The position numbers were made by a program, and so were the translations under genes. A stretch of DNA of 56,152 bases, the filler included, from Sphacelaria rigidula (taxonomy: Eukaryota): assembly GCA_964200075.2 (NCBI GenBank). It is 7 parts of 7 records of this genome, joined end to end, with 100 filler letters (N's around TTAATTAATTAA, not from the genome) between each part and the next. Parts side by side here need not be neighbours in the genome. Positions count along the whole stretch, not along the records: positions 24,111 to 32,046 come from CAXNAA020012922.1; positions 32,147 to 40,082 come from CAXNAA020012923.1; 5 more parts are not named here. One strand, 5' to 3'. Position 1 is the first letter of the stretch. The number at the start of each line of letters is the position of its first letter. Shown one piece after another: positions 24,986 through 38,800 of the stretch. A model generated the notes under the pieces. That model saw only the letters and a program-made list of their open reading frames with translations, was not told where the DNA came from and ran no database searches.

Positions 24986-26353
24986 ACGTATGAAATACTG
25001 CCTCGAGAGCTCAAATCCGCTCCTAGGCTGGACTGGCTTGTTCTCTTCCCTCGTTTATAAGTATATAGTTCACACAGGCAGGATTTATCTTACTCGCGGT
25101 CCACTTCTGTCAACATCCTACAAAGACAGTCGACTTGCTTACGCCAACATGAGTCGCACCACACCTCGCAGCTGCATCAATCGATCCCTAATTCCTCGCT
25201 ACTCTCCTCTTCGGGCCGAACTAAAATTCGGGGTTGTTGTTTTGATCTCCAAAAATACGAACGCCTTCGTCGAAGTACACCAACGACCCCCAGAAAAAAG
25301 CAAATGTAAATAATAGACGTGCCCCAATCAAGGCACACAACTGCGAATACGTACGACAGCCCACAGAAAATGAACAGCAATTTCGTTGTTGGAGAAGCAT
25401 CGACTACACGCTAGCCTCTTGGGGAAATATCGTGTCTACTGCAGGATCAACTGCACAAAAGCAGAACCCACTCAATTCCTCTCAATCCCTCATTCATTGT
25501 GCAAGTGGTATGTATAACATAGTGGACTCGGGAAAGAGAAAACGAATAACAAAATTGTCGTTGGAATAACCCCTGGTTTTGTCTCCGCTTGTGCCACTTG
25601 CCAAATCTTCTTTAGCTAGTCCCTATTCATCTCCCCCCCCGCCCCCCCCCCCGATTCGCCTCACCACACGAAAAAAAAACAGAAGCACGCTTCGCGATAA
25701 GCTGCCCCTCAGCAACCCCTCACATCCTCCACGTAAGTATATCACCCTTCCACGGCCCGGACTACACGAACACTCTTCATCAATCTCCCCAGCTAAAGTG
25801 CCACGTGAGCGAAAATACGGATAGACCACAGCCTAACATTGTCCGACTGCAATTGCTCCTTCACATGTATCGATCCCGCCTTTCATCCAGGGCACATACC
25901 CCGCCCACAGATTGAGAAACTGTGGACAACTGTCTGTACGAATATCATCCACTCATGTTGTGCATCGCCCCATGCTTCATAGACCCAGAACACACCAACT
26001 TATTCCTTGGCTCCAAGCCGCCATTTTTCGCACACTCATTTTTTATTCCCCGCGCTGTGACCCAACAAAAAAGTCGATCCGCCATCGTGGGGATGATGGC
26101 AACCCGTGAAAAACAAAGGGGGGGGAGATGGGGCAGAACTTCGCACAAAATTGCGGCAAATATGAGGGGCAACAACACCAGCTTCCTTGTTCGTCCTAGC
26201 TCCACATGCGGATGGCAACATATTATCATGCCAATGTATCCATCGCGCAGACAAATGTGAGTATACTAACTTAGAGGTGACGAATGATGCGCACAGGTAG
26301 ATTAGAACATAATATACTGCAAACAGACGGTGCCCGGGAGATGATCGAGGAGC

Positions 26354-26439
26354 TCATGCATAGAAGGCCTCGATGATTTCCGAGTACTTGTCCGACGTTG
26401 GGCCACGCTTGAGCTTGAGGGTGGGAGTCAGCTCTCCAC
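26354..26439 (-). CDS. Long-chain acyl-CoA synthetase (bubblegum/ACSBG-like), last exon
   Basis: gcag|GT GGA GAG: GELTPTLKLKRGPTSDKYSEIIEAFYA*; phase 1 start. Confidence 0.9.
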
Positions 26440-26744
26440 CTGCGACAAGAAGCAATGGTGAGACAGAAACACAACGCGTAAGATTGAGTACCCGAACATT
26501 CGCGAGAAAGAGGTACTTCCAAACGAGGCAAAATTCCAAGATCGAGGTACTCCAACTTTCGAGAGATGCCGTCCGTTCTCGACCGACCTCAACGAAAAAC
26601 GGAGCAGGACCCCGACCAAAACAGATCGATCAGGGAGTGGTTGGGTGCACAAATCGCAGCACAAGGAACGCCACCACGGTTCATCGAAGGGCGCGTTCGG
26701 CGCTTCGCTGGTCACATACTCCCGCGAAGCCATTCGCTGTTACA

Positions 26745-27042
26745 TGTTTTCTTCTTCATCGTTTTTTGTTTTTTAGTTCATTTTATTTGCTCTTCATTTT
26801 ACAATTATTTTCCTTTTTTTTTGTTCTAGGGCGGCTGTTTCTTTCCGTGCTTTTTTTGTGTTGGCTTTTTTATTACTCTTTTTTTGTTACGACTTGGTCT
26901 GCTCTGTCATTCTGTTCGATTTTTTTTTCTTCTTGTTCTCTCTCTTCAGAGCGTGTTTCAGTTTCGTTTTTCTTGGGTACGTCTATCATGACACCACGAC
27001 TGGACCGCTGGGGGGTCAGTGAAGGTGTGCCAATCAATCAAT
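26745..27042 (+). mobile_element. RTE-LINE 3'UTR fragment (intronic)
   Basis: T-rich tract followed by GGGTACGTCTATCATGACACCACGACTGGACC...GGTCAG and a CAATCAATCAAT tail. Confidence 0.75.
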
Positions 27043-27510
27043 GCAACGGTGCGACAATTTTCGACGGAGAAGGGCGTCGGCAAGTACATCCGCGGCGTCA
27101 GGGGAAGTATCCTGGCTTCATTTCTTCCATGTCGATAAGCGAGCAGGCAAGCGTGAGTGCTGCCTGTGCCCACTGTAAGATATACTCAGGCAGTGATGCA
27201 CGAGCATACCTCCCCTAGGACCCCTGGCCGGGTCCCGGTACAGTGCAGGTTCAAGCACACTGCGGTAAAAATTATTTCTCACAACCCCGATCCGCTGTAC
27301 TAACATCGAGTAATTTCACAGTACCAGTATATTGTGTGTGGGGGGGGTTACCAGCATAGTGCGGTTACGCCGAACTGGCGACCGCCCTACTCAAGGAATT
27401 ATGCCGCATCATGATGAGTCGAAAAAAAGATTACCAAGTTTGACGGGTGATGGTAAGGACGCACGGCGCCCGACACCATCGTTTTGGTCATACTCCAGCG
27501 TACTACTCAC

Positions 27511-27619
27511 CGTCTACGGAGAAGTCTGTCGGGACAAGGGCCCACTTGGCCACCCTCTGTGCGTTGGATGTAGTTCGATCGTTGCACGTCTTCATCGCCT
27601 TGTCGATGTACTCCTTCCA
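27511..27619 (-). CDS. Acyl-CoA synthetase exon
   Basis: aatag|WKEYIDKAMKTCNDRTTSNAQRVAKWALVPTDFSVD-G|GTGAGT, 109 bp, phase 0/1. Confidence 0.9.
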
Positions 27620-28290
27620 CTATTATTTCGGCGAACACAGGAAAAGCACGAAGAAAAAAAAAACGAAAACAAAGAACGATACGATGAAAATTGTGGGGAA
27701 ATAACAACACCAGAATATTGGGAATTCGTATTAGCGGCCAAAACTGTGCACTCGACGCACTAAAACGAGGCGGGATCGGGAATTTAAGTTTTTAGTCACC
27801 ACCTCCAGACCTGGTGATTTTCGGGCTTGGACACATTTCGATCTGCCCAGCATTTGCCATTATTTCCCTAGTTCTTCTCTCTCGGTCTTGGATGCGGCAA
27901 AAATTCAAGCAACAACGAAGAGCTGAATATCATTCGAGCTAATCTGGGATCTTGTTACCATCTTGTAGCACCGAAATCATGCGGAGCACGTGCACAACAC
28001 ACATCGCCAGCTAAAAACGCAACACCTCGCTCTCTCGCGCAACATCCAGCCGTTATTTCGACCACGGATGAAAACTGCCACCTGTAAGTCGGTGGCTTTC
28101 CCAGTCACTACATACACCATGGAAACAAGAAAAATCTACATGTTGGCATGACCTGAAAGACGGTGCTCTCAAGATATGTACACTTTTGCCCGCCATACAG
28201 TAAGTAGTCAGCATCAGAAGTTTTCAGAATTCGTAGTTGTCCTTTTTTTTTTTTTTTAGTTTTTCTGGATTACCGTTCTCCACCATTACT

Positions 28291-28755
28291 TGAAAGTGCT
28301 AGCGCCGGTAGATTTAGGGAGAAAGCGTAGGCCGCGTTCAAACTACAGTGCTCACGTTGTTGTTCTTGGGACGATACGGACTTGATACCCCGTTAATCAG
28401 GAGGGTGTTATTGACCGTTTTCGGTCCAATATAAGCAGTTTTGCCGCTCTTCAGCGACGAAACGGTAGATATTCAGATAAATTAATGCGTACAAAATTCT
28501 TCACAAAAACGATCGACATCGTGTTTCCCTCCCATACTGCACAGACCTCAGTGTAGCATTTCCTGCGGATGGCCTATTTTCATTTGTTTCTCGCACAACA
28601 TTTTCAACATTTTCCATGAGCAACCGAAAGTGCTAGCGCCGATAGTTTTTGGCAAAATAAGCAAACCGTGCTCAAATCACAATAGCCCAAGTTGGTGTTG
28701 TGGGGGCGATACCGGGCAAAGACCCCGTTTATCAGGGGAATGTTATTGACCGTAA
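28291..28755. repeat. Two ~130-bp direct copies of a dispersed repeat (third, inverted copy at 34574-34712)
   Basis: GAAAGTGCTAGCGCCG...ACCCCGTT.ATCAGG.G..TGTTATTGACCGT at 28291 and 28626. Confidence 0.65.
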
Positions 28756-29090
28756 ATGGTCCAAAAAAACATAGTTTTCCTAATTCAGCGCAGTGACCAG
28801 GTGGAATTAAAAAAAAAACAATCCTTTTTGAGTCGTCACTTATGTAATGCAGATCGAGTCGGTCCACCAAAAACACCGAAAAGCTACATCCTGGGGCCGT
28901 TTTTCCGCAGGACCCCCGAAGATCGGTCAAGCCCATAAGTCACTCATGATTGATCGCAGATGATTCTTCTTTCAATATTTGTGAAGAGGATACAACTATC
29001 TCCGGATGCCCAAAATCTTTGAGAAACCAACAAGTTACGGATTCTGCATACTTCTGACGCTGACTACTGTATACCCAAAACGACACCGAC

Positions 29091-29201
29091 CTTGGGGTCC
29101 TCCGCCGCCTCCTTGACAGTCTTCGCAGAGCTTCCGATCTTCTCACAAGCGGTGAGTGCATCTCCAGCCAGCTTGTCCGTGGGCACACCGTCCGCATCCA
29201 C
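29091..29201 (-). CDS. Acyl-CoA synthetase exon
   Basis: gacag|VDADGVPTDKLAGDALTACEKIGSSAKTVKEAAEDPK|GTCGGT, 111 bp, phase 0/0. Confidence 0.9.
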
Positions 29202-29436
29202 CTGTCACAGACAAATCATACACAGACCTCAACCAAACTATCGACAGAGTTACTCCAACTCAGCTTGTGCCTAGATGGTCATACGTACTGTGCCAATTTG
29301 AATTCAACGTGGCATTACGCTACAAGCAAAACAGCATACGTGAACTTACACAAAAACCAACAGTCGGCTCGTCAGTAGGGCGGACTTCCTGCCGTCTCCA
29401 TCGCCTACACTCATCATATGAAATCGCAGAGTGCTC

Positions 29437-29505
29437 ATCACTATTATCACTATTATCACTATTATCACTATTATCACTATTATCATTATTATTATTATTA
29501 TTATT
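29437..29505. repeat. (ATTATCACT)n / (ATT)n compound microsatellite
   Basis: Directly visible. Confidence 0.9.
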
Positions 29506-30144
29506 TATTATCATGTTCGTCACATTAGCTCCATCTCTCGAACCCGTGATCACAGAGTGCAAGGGGCATACCACCCGTCCCCATAAATCGAACAGCCCGC
29601 AGAGCGAGGCAAGAAACGAAACATCTACAGGAAAAAAAGGCACACTACTAATGGATACAAAAAACCAAGACCACACACACTCACACAGGAATCGCACGTC
29701 ACGACCTCTTCTCGTGTTCCCAGTCTACTCGCTTTTCGTAAGAGGATTTTTTTCGGCATGCATATTTCCGTACCTACAAAGGGAGAGGTTCTGTTCACCA
29801 CCCTCGTACCTACCCCGTCCTCTGGGGCGGGAGGGGGGAAGGGGGGGGGTACTCATTTGTTGCTCGCCTGAAGTCACTCAGCCATCGACCACGCATTTCT
29901 TTCGAGACGGAGCCAGGGCGTGGGGTGTAGGACATCACGACATATCAAAATGTCACGATATATACGAAAATCATCCCCCACACTCCGAAATAAGGAGCAC
30001 TGAAATAGCCCGATATGAAAAACGATACTCTAAAAATCGATTGGGCTCATATCTGATAAAACATCTCTCCCCCCACATCCATAGCACACGGAATATCATG
30101 TACAAACAGGTGTGTGGACGGTTCTCGAAGTATTGGAATTTCAC

Positions 30145-30240
30145 CTCGACCCTGAGCGTCAGGATGATGGAGAGGAACTTTCTCTTATCCCCGATGACCA
30201 TGCAGTTGGAGAGGCATGGAAGCTCCTTCTTGAACTCGTT
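30145..30240 (-). CDS. Acyl-CoA synthetase exon
   Basis: aacag|NEFKKELPCLSNCMVIGDKRKFLSIILTLRVE|GTGAAA, 96 bp. Confidence 0.92.
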
Positions 30241-30349
30241 CTGTTGACGGGACGCAAAGATCAACGACCACACAAGGTATGTACGCAGGAGGCACGAACA
30301 CACAGAAACGGGGTTATTTTGGCTCGGAAACAACCCCGGGGGGGAGGAT

Positions 30350-30895
30350 ACTCATGATCGTGCATGCCATAGTCGCAACACCATTGACCTCGCATCCCTA
30401 CAAAGCCGGGACGGAGCACGCCAGGTTTTCGCCGGGCCAGGCTCGCACTAAGTCACCAAGCGCGAAGAGCCGTAGTGTGCTCGGCAAGTCGCACGAAGGG
30501 TGAGCTGCATCCTGCCAAGATTGTTCGGCCCGAAGCCTGCTGATTATCTTGCATTTGGACGACAGCCTACAATACAACGAGTTGCTTCATTTTCTGGTAT
30601 CGCCACCTCCCGAGACAGCCACGGCTCATACATTGCCTCATCGGTATCTCACTATATAAACACCACGTAGTATGATCATTTCCCTTGGGCGGAGATAACG
30701 TTTTTCCACGGCGCACAACATGATCTAGCTCGACCGCCATAATGGTTACCGCAAAAAAACGGTAACCTAGTCGCCTAGCTCATCCAATGAGCGGCGTGTT
30801 TTACAGCGTCATTACCAACCGACGTCAATCCCATCGGGGGTCCTTCCCTACAAAGCCGGGACGGAGCACGCCGGGTTCTCGCCGAACAAGACTGC
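30350..30895. repeat. Modular intronic dispersed repeat (further copies/fragments at 31600-31940, 32147-32540, 36500-37000)
   Basis: Shared CAAAGCCGGGACGGAGCACGCCGGGTT and CACCAAGCGCGAAG...GCCCGAAGC...ATCTTGCATTT blocks. Confidence 0.8.
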
Positions 30896-30968
30896 AAGGG
30901 GAGTGGGGGGGGGGGGGGGGGGGGGGCGGGGGACAATCGCGGCATCACTCCCGACGTGAACGACTAAC

Positions 30969-31164
30969 CTCAATCAGAACGGGGGGAATGTTTTCCCCTC
31001 CAGCCGTGATGATGAGCTCCTTGATGCGCCCCGTGATCCGCATGAAACCGCTGGGTGACGGGACTTCAGGGTTCTCATCTTCATCGAAACTCGCCATATC
31101 TCCGCTGTGCATCCACCCATCCTCGTCGATAGTCTCCGCCGTCTTTTCGGGGTTGTGCATGTAT
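30969..31164 (-). CDS. Acyl-CoA synthetase exon (upstream exons absent from contig)
   Basis: ataaag|(G)[22 protein letters not shown]...[32 protein letters not shown]. Contains ANL-family motifs GWxHSGD and [16 protein letters not shown]. Confidence 0.93.
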
Positions 31165-32046
31165 CTTTATACATACATACATATTTAGTAGATAAATCCA
31201 AACGTTGAGGGTCGGCAAGTCCAACACAGTAAGTAATCACACACGCCCCAAATGATGTGATTAGAGCCGAGACGGGGGAAAAAATGGCGGGGGGGAAGGG
31301 TACGGGAAAAAAAAGAAACGTGAGATATTGCCGTAGCAATGGTCACGTTGAGCAAATGGAACACGACCACATCATTGGAGTACACATATTTTATGCCCCG
31401 ACAACACGCACGTCCCGTCCAAGGTCATCTTCTAGAACACGTCGGATCAGCTCTGGCTGTGGCGAATGAACATTAGAGCAGCGGTGTAAAATGGCAAATA
31501 TATCTTGTTTGCGTGAGATGACTCGAGAGTGTGCTTTGTGAGGCATCAAAGCTGCCGATCGTTCATTCATGCTGCATGCTGTTCCAACTACGTGAGTGTA
31601 CTCATCATCTTGCATGCCGTGATTACATGACCATCGAGGTCGCATCCCTACAAAGCCACGACGGAGTACGCCGGGTCTTCGCCGGACCAGGCTTGACCAT
31701 GTTGGGGGGAGTACTCGTGATCTTGCATGCCATAGTCGTACGACTATTAATACGTGAGGGGGGGGGGGGGATTGCGGGGATTTCGCCGGACGAGGATCGC
31801 AATCAACCACCAAGCGCGAAGCGCCGTGGTGTGTTTGGGGAGTTGCATGAAGGATGCGCTGCATCTTGTCAGATTGTTCCGCCCGAAGCGCACTGATTAT
31901 CTTGCATTTGGATGACAGCCCCGAGTGAGTTGCTTCATTCACACTACGACGTGGAGAGGAGGGGGGGGGGGGGGGGGGATGGCGGGAAAATAGACGGTCA
32001 GGGGAAAGGAGGGGGGGGAGAAAAAGGGGGAGGGGAGGACAAAGTT

Positions 32047-32146
32047 NNNNNNNNNNNNNNNNNNNNNNNNNNNNNNNNNNNNNNNNNNNNTTAATTAATT
32101 AANNNNNNNNNNNNNNNNNNNNNNNNNNNNNNNNNNNNNNNNNNNN
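32047..32146. other. Artificial contig spacer
   Basis: N44-TTAATTAATTAA-N44. Confidence 0.97.
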
Positions 32147-32882
32147 CGCCACTTCCTGAGACAGCCACAGCTTTTACACTACCTCATGGGTGCCTCATCA
32201 TTTGAACACTACGTGGAATGATCATCCCCATTGTGCGGAGTTGAGGCTCTCCCACGCCGCACAACATGATCTAGCTCGACCACCATATTGGTTAACACAA
32301 AAACAAAGGCAAGCGCGTAAAACAAATGCGGAAACCTGGTTGCCTAGCTTACCTAGTGAGTGGCGTGTTTTAGAGCGTCATCGCCAACCGACGCCAACCC
32401 CATCGGGGATTCGCCCCGACAAAGCCGGGACGGAGCACGCCGGGTTCCCGCCGGACCAGGCTTCATAGGGGGGGGGCGTACTCATTTGTTGCTTGCCTTA
32501 GTCGTGTGACCATTGACCACGCATCCCTTTCGAGGCGGAGCAACCCCCCCGGGGGGGGGGGAGGGGGGGGTCGTTGGTAAAGATCAGTTCACTTGACAAT
32601 TTGTCTATGCACATCACTTCGGATCACTACTGCAGCTCATGGCGCTGCTTGCAAGAAGAACCTTGTTACTGCTTTTATGGTGCTTGGTCTGCCCACGGGT
32701 TCAATATTTCGGGAAGACCCAAAACCCGTACCGCGGGGGAAGACTGAGAGATGTACCATCTTTTGGCACACCACGAAGAACAGTTTGTAGCAAACACCTT
32801 CACTCATGCGGGCACACTTGAGAGGATCAAGTAGGCCGGCCGTTCATGTCTACAACGTCTGAGCCTGTATGGTGATGTTTAC

Positions 32883-35800
32883 CTGACAGCGGAAATGGTT
32901 GCACTTGCACATAATGTCGTGAGCGCTGCCGAACTCCGGGAGGCTCTGCATCCTCCTGAACAAAACGAAACGAAACAACAGCAACAACAAAAACATAAAA
33001 GAGGCACACATCAGAAAGAAAAAAAGTGATGGACACACACAACGGATGGTAGGTACGCAATGGAGAGGAAATGTCTGATGGATTGTGCGACGAAAAAAAA
33101 AAAAAAACAGGTTTGCTTTGCCAAACGGTAATGAAATAAGAATAAAAAATATCTCTTCACTCAAAAAGCACCAAAAAATCAGTACACCTCGCGCAACCAC
33201 TTGAGAACTCAAGCCTCGAAAGTTTTTAAAATATAAACACTTGAGCACAAGATGCGATACCTGAAAAATAACCCCATTCCCATACTAAAACCTATGTAGC
33301 GGCTGTTGGTAGCCAAACAGAGTAAATGAGAACTCGAGTCTCACCGCAAACAAGAGGTTCTTGATTTGACCACCAGCGTAGGCCATCTGCTGAATCGACA
33401 CAAAACTCACTTCGAAAATATACGCACGACCCAGATGACCTGCCCTTGCTGTCAACGGGTTACAAGTTCTGGCTTTACCTTAAAGCATATGAGAAGAACA
33501 TCATGACATCTTTTTCTCTTGTACATTCGAAACATTACACACAATAACTTTTTATTGGGAATAGGAATGCTGTTCCGTCTTGAAAGGAACGCGCGGTCAT
33601 CGGTACAAATTAAGGTTTTTAATTTATATTAAAAAAATCACAAGTCAGGTACAAGAGAAGTCAACTGTAATATAATACGTACATGAATGGATGACAGAAT
33701 ATTATATGAAAACCATGAAAAATACGAAAAAAAAAAAGGCAGGAAATAGAAAAAAGAAAGATAAGGAAGAAAAAAAAAAAACTCACTTCATGCAGAGGCC
33801 GATGAGACACGAGCGGAGGCCGAGGGACAGAGGAAGGAAACACGACGAGCGAAGAATGCCAGCCATCCAGTGGAAGCAATGTCTCCATGGGGGAAACCTG
33901 CAAGATCCCAATCACGTAACTCTCAGGTTACCTCAGAGACTTTCTGCAATAGCCCCTCCCAAAAACCAGCCCAAAAATGTCACGAAAAAAATGGTCATCC
34001 AGCGCATGATAGCTGGTTTCAGACTTCATGAAGCTCCTCATATGGGCAACATTGGCAAAAATGATCCCAAGGGTGGGAGTTCCCAGTTGCTCGTTGTGCT
34101 CAGCCTTTTCCATTCCGATTCACGTTTGAATTTTACCTTCCCAAATCAGCCACTTTTTTTTGGAGGGGCGGAGGCTATCGTAGAAGGTGTTCCCCCCCCC
34201 ACAAAGAAAACACGTACAGCAGTAGTGGGCGGTCCGACTATTATATTCATTTTGAGGCATTTTGTGATATCTTCGTGATTGGCGATTTTCTTGGGCTCTT
34301 TTCGCTTGCTACCGTTCATCACGTTAGGGATCTGAAAACATTTGTATCCGCTCCACATTTCAAGAGGAGAAAAAATCATGTGTACTCAATAGTGAGTGAC
34401 TTGCAGGCTGACCGGTCATTGGGGGTGCTGTGACGTTTCAGCCCAGTTTCTTTCTCTTCAGTATTTTCGGTCGACCGAGCCTGTCCCGATCATATTTGTG
34501 AAGAAATGTACAGTTTTAGTTTTTTTTTTTTAATTCTACCTACTCATTGCACTAGAGCCAAAAAACTGTGTCTCACGGTCAATAACTCCCTCCTGATGAA
34601 CGGGGTATTCACCAGTATCGACCAATAACACCAATTAACACTGACTTGGGCACTGTGTTCCGAGAATGATCTGTTCATTGTACCAAAATTTACCGACGCT
34701 GGCAATTTCGAGTTCTATCCAAGAGTAGTACGCGAAGAAAACCCCGAAACACCCCTGAATAGTTAGACCGCACAAGCCCACTATACTGTAAATAAAATAT
34801 ATCTATACTATATTTATTATACACGAAACACACACGATTATTAGATCACGTCAAGTGTACTGTCGACCTAAGGCTCACGCACCGAAGCGAGAACAGACGA
34901 CCAGATAGCTCAACACCTTCGGTGAGATACCAAGGTTTCGAGCTTCTTTCTTAACCTGCCACGGTCGCATCTTAAACAAACAGGAAACGTGAGAACGCGC
35001 CGTGAGAGTGGCAATAATTCTGGCGCTTTCTCGTGTTTTTTCTTCTTCTTCTTCTGTCTTTCCAATTGGTTGTTGCCCATCAGCTTTCAACCAATCGGAA
35101 GGACAGCAGAAAGAAAAAAAACACCAAAACCGCCGGAATCATACTCATCCTCACGTGTCTTTCTCACGTTTCTTGTCTCGTTAAAACGCGACGATCAATC
35201 AATCGATCGAACAGATCTGTCACTACTCAAGAAAAACAACAATATACAAAAAAGATGGATAGTAAAATCAAGACAAAAAAATCCACATACAGTAAGTACA
35301 GTACACTTCAGTACTTGCCGCATAATGCCGGGAAACTCATCGAGGATAGCACAGAAGCGACGAACTGCTCGCAGAGCGTTGTCCGTAGCGCCTAGGCACA
35401 GATGCGCAAACGCGGCATCCGCCAAGAGCTTCACGGCGCACACAGACCGTGAGATGCTAGGAGAGGCTGTTTTTTTTCGACGAGCGGTAGGGGGAGGGAA
35501 GGGGGGGCGTAGAGTACATCATGTCAATCCACAGGCAAGGGGACAAAACATGAAATTGTGAACGTGGAGGGTACCATAGAGGTATACATGCTCAGATTTA
35601 TTGATGATGTTGATAATCCTGTCATCCTCATTATTATTACCATTATCGTGTTGCTATCGGCACCATTAATTACCATTATCATCATCACAAATGTATCATC
35701 ATTACCACATTACCATCACTGTGCTCATATTTTTTCTTACTTCGTTGTTTCTGTTTCTATCATCATCATCAATACCATCATCACCATTACTATGCTTAAA

Positions 35801-38800
35801 TTTTTTCTCACTTTGTTGTTTCTGTCTTTCATTTCATCATTCTATCATCATATCAACAACATTACTCATTGAAAACACCATGGTCCCAAGTAAGACTGGG
35901 TACCACTGGTACTGCGCTGTGCCGATGCACTAGCTTTTACTCTAGAGTCTGGGTTCGTGGATGTAGTGTGAAAAACGCACAGGTTCCGACAGAGCGCCTC
36001 GTCGGGAGCACAACAACTAGCAACCCGTCGATCGTGGGGAATGATCCGCGCGGATCTTGTATAGGGGACCGGAATCACGGAACCCCAGGAATATCAAGCG
36101 CGTGCTCGACACACGAAAAAAAACGCTTCGCCACTCACATAATACAGGCACCAAGATAGTGTCGGCTGCGTTGGCCACAACGCTAGCATCGGCGGCCACC
36201 TCTGACCACGCTACCCCAGCAACGGCCTTGCACATCACGCTAATACAGGAGCAATCTACGCCCATGCTGACCTCCAGGATGCGCGTGTCTCCCACAAACA
36301 GCACCTGATTCATCTGGTGAGGAGGGCAGTTGCGCGATCACGCAGCAGGCAAAGAGATCACCGCGTTGCACCGGCAATTGACACTCACCTTGTTTTTGTT
36401 TTGTTTGAACAAAATGTAGTACTGTGGTGATGGGAGCATATATACACATACATCATAAGAAATAGTACTTGCTGCGTGGTGACCATTTTCGGACACGGTT
36501 TCCTGTGATCATTTCGCAATCACCAAGCGCGCATGCCGTAGTCCATGAGACCATTGACCTCGCATTCCTACAAAGATGGTCCTACAAAGATGGTGCGGAG
36601 CACGCCGGGTTTTTGCCGGACCAAGCTCGCTATCACTCACCAAGCGCGAAGCGCCGTGATGTGTTCGGCGAGTCGCATGAAGGGTGAGCTGCACCCTGCT
36701 GAGATCGTTCGGCCCGAAGCTTAGTAACCATCTTGCATTTATATGGCGGCCTACCATAGGGTGCTTCATTTTCTGGTATCGCCACTTCCAGAGACAGCCA
36801 CGGCTTACACACTACCTCATGGGTGTCTCACCATTTCAACGCTAAGTAGTACGATCATCCCCATTGTGCGCAGTTGAGGTTCTCCCACGCCGCACAACAT
36901 GATCTAGCTGGACCACCATCATGGTTACCATAAAATGAACGCGAGCGGGAAAGAAAAAACGGCAACTTGGTTGCCTAGCTTACGCAGTGAGTGGCGTGTT
37001 GTGTGTGAGCGAGGGAGGGATAGGAATAGCAGAAAAATTATATTGCGTTGTATCTTCGTCCGCCCGTGTAACTCCCTCTGATCGACACATTATCTAGCAG
37101 TGACGCCAGGGGCCACGCCTCGTACGGTCAGCTAACATGTATGACAGACCTTTGCGTCATCGTCCAGCACGGGGCGGGCTATGCATTTCAGACAAGGATA
37201 TGCAGAGAGACCAAACAAAGCGAAGACAGGCATATAGGGCAGGAAAAAGACGGGAGCATGCAGACAGATGGTAAGGACGGGGGCTAATAGACGGGGACAA
37301 ACAAAACACGCAACATCAACACCGCGTGGAATGAAAAGGGGAAGTGGGGGGAAGGAGGGGAAGGTCTTGCTGTCGAGAGAAGGGTCGTTTTGTTCCGGTT
37401 CTTCACCTGGAGAGGAAAAGCCGCATTGCTCTGGCTGCCGCTGCTCGGAAACTCTTGTGCCTGCTGACCAAATAGATAGTGACAAAAAGAAGGGGGAAAA
37501 AACGAGAAAGACACATCAGGCGAGAAGCACAAGCCACAATGCTGACCGACACGTGTGAAACGTGCAGCCTCCAACAGGGAACACTCGGAATGCTGTGAGA
37601 AAACTCATGAAACAAATCAGACGCTGGCGAAAACTTCTCCCAATTCTCCTGCTTCCTTTATAGACCAGGATTTTTTCTCCACACCACGTCTTTTACTGGT
37701 GCTCAGTGCTCGACGAAGTGTCTCGGTTATAGCTCGGAAATGGTACCAGTTATAACTGGCCATTATCATTATAACGGTAATGATGGTGATGGTTTTATGA
37801 AGATTTTGGGTAATGGCTTCAAACCATTATTTACCGTTACCGGCTACGTAGGCTACATACAGCTCTTGAAAGTTGGCCCATATTTCACGTATTTTTTAGC
37901 TCTAGTGAAGCTAAATCGCGTAAAAACGTGCCTCCGGCACGGCGCCTCCAGCGGGGCCCTCTCTGCCTGGGAGGGCTTTTTGGCTATTGGCTGCGCCGCT
38001 CGATGACCAAACCATTATGTACCATTTGACTGGTTAATGAGTGCGCTACGCGTAACCATCCACCTGGCTAATGATTAGGCAAACCATTTCCGAGCTCTAG
38101 GCTTGGTCATTCAGTACCAGTCTTCCAAAAACAAGCAGGGCACTCAACCCTTGCACCGCAAGGGTAGTCCATCTTGATCATGCAAACTTCTCTCAGGTGA
38201 AGTATATGCTGATTCAACAAATGACCTCCCCTCACCGTCAAAGAGTTAATGTTACACGTCACTAACTTCGTTACACGTGGAGCCCTGTTTTAACCCTTTG
38301 GGAGCCCGGTGACGATGCTTGTTTTTTGTGAATCGGCATAATTTTCAGTCATTCTCAAGTCAAAATGATGCCGTTTCACAAGAACAAGAATCGTCACTGG
38401 ATTTCCAACGGGTTGAAGTCAAGTCGAATCAAATCTAATTGAGCGTCGGGCCAGGCTAGTGCTACGGTGGGAGATCACGTGGTCCCCCGCCGTAGTACTT
38501 AGCCTGGTTCAACTTGTGACGTGAAACGAAGCTCGTGACGCGTGACGTTAAGTGCCCTGAAAAATAAGGACAATGCCGTTTGCAGATCAGGTTTTATTTT
38601 TTCATGTGAAGACCACAACAGTTTGCCACTGCAGTGAACGACCACGGCTGGATTCCCGGGGGTTCAGATAAGGTGAGACAATCTATCATCAATCAGTGAA
38701 TGAAGTTACCCTCCCACAAGAAAATACGAAACGTTGATGAGTGATTGCCCGGGAATTCGGCGCGAAAAAAAAAGACTGTTACAAAGGAGTAGAGAATCGC

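Noticed and set aside
29156..30247. 363-aa plus-strand ORF (also 26373..27218)
   Set aside because: Antisense to acyl-CoA synthetase exons and built from microsatellite and intronic repeats; no protein-like features.
31900..32540. Contigs 4 and 5 appear contiguous because the same repeat family lies on both sides of the gap
   Set aside because: The expected upstream acyl-CoA synthetase exons are not in contig 5, which carries a different gene, and the repeat is multi-copy.
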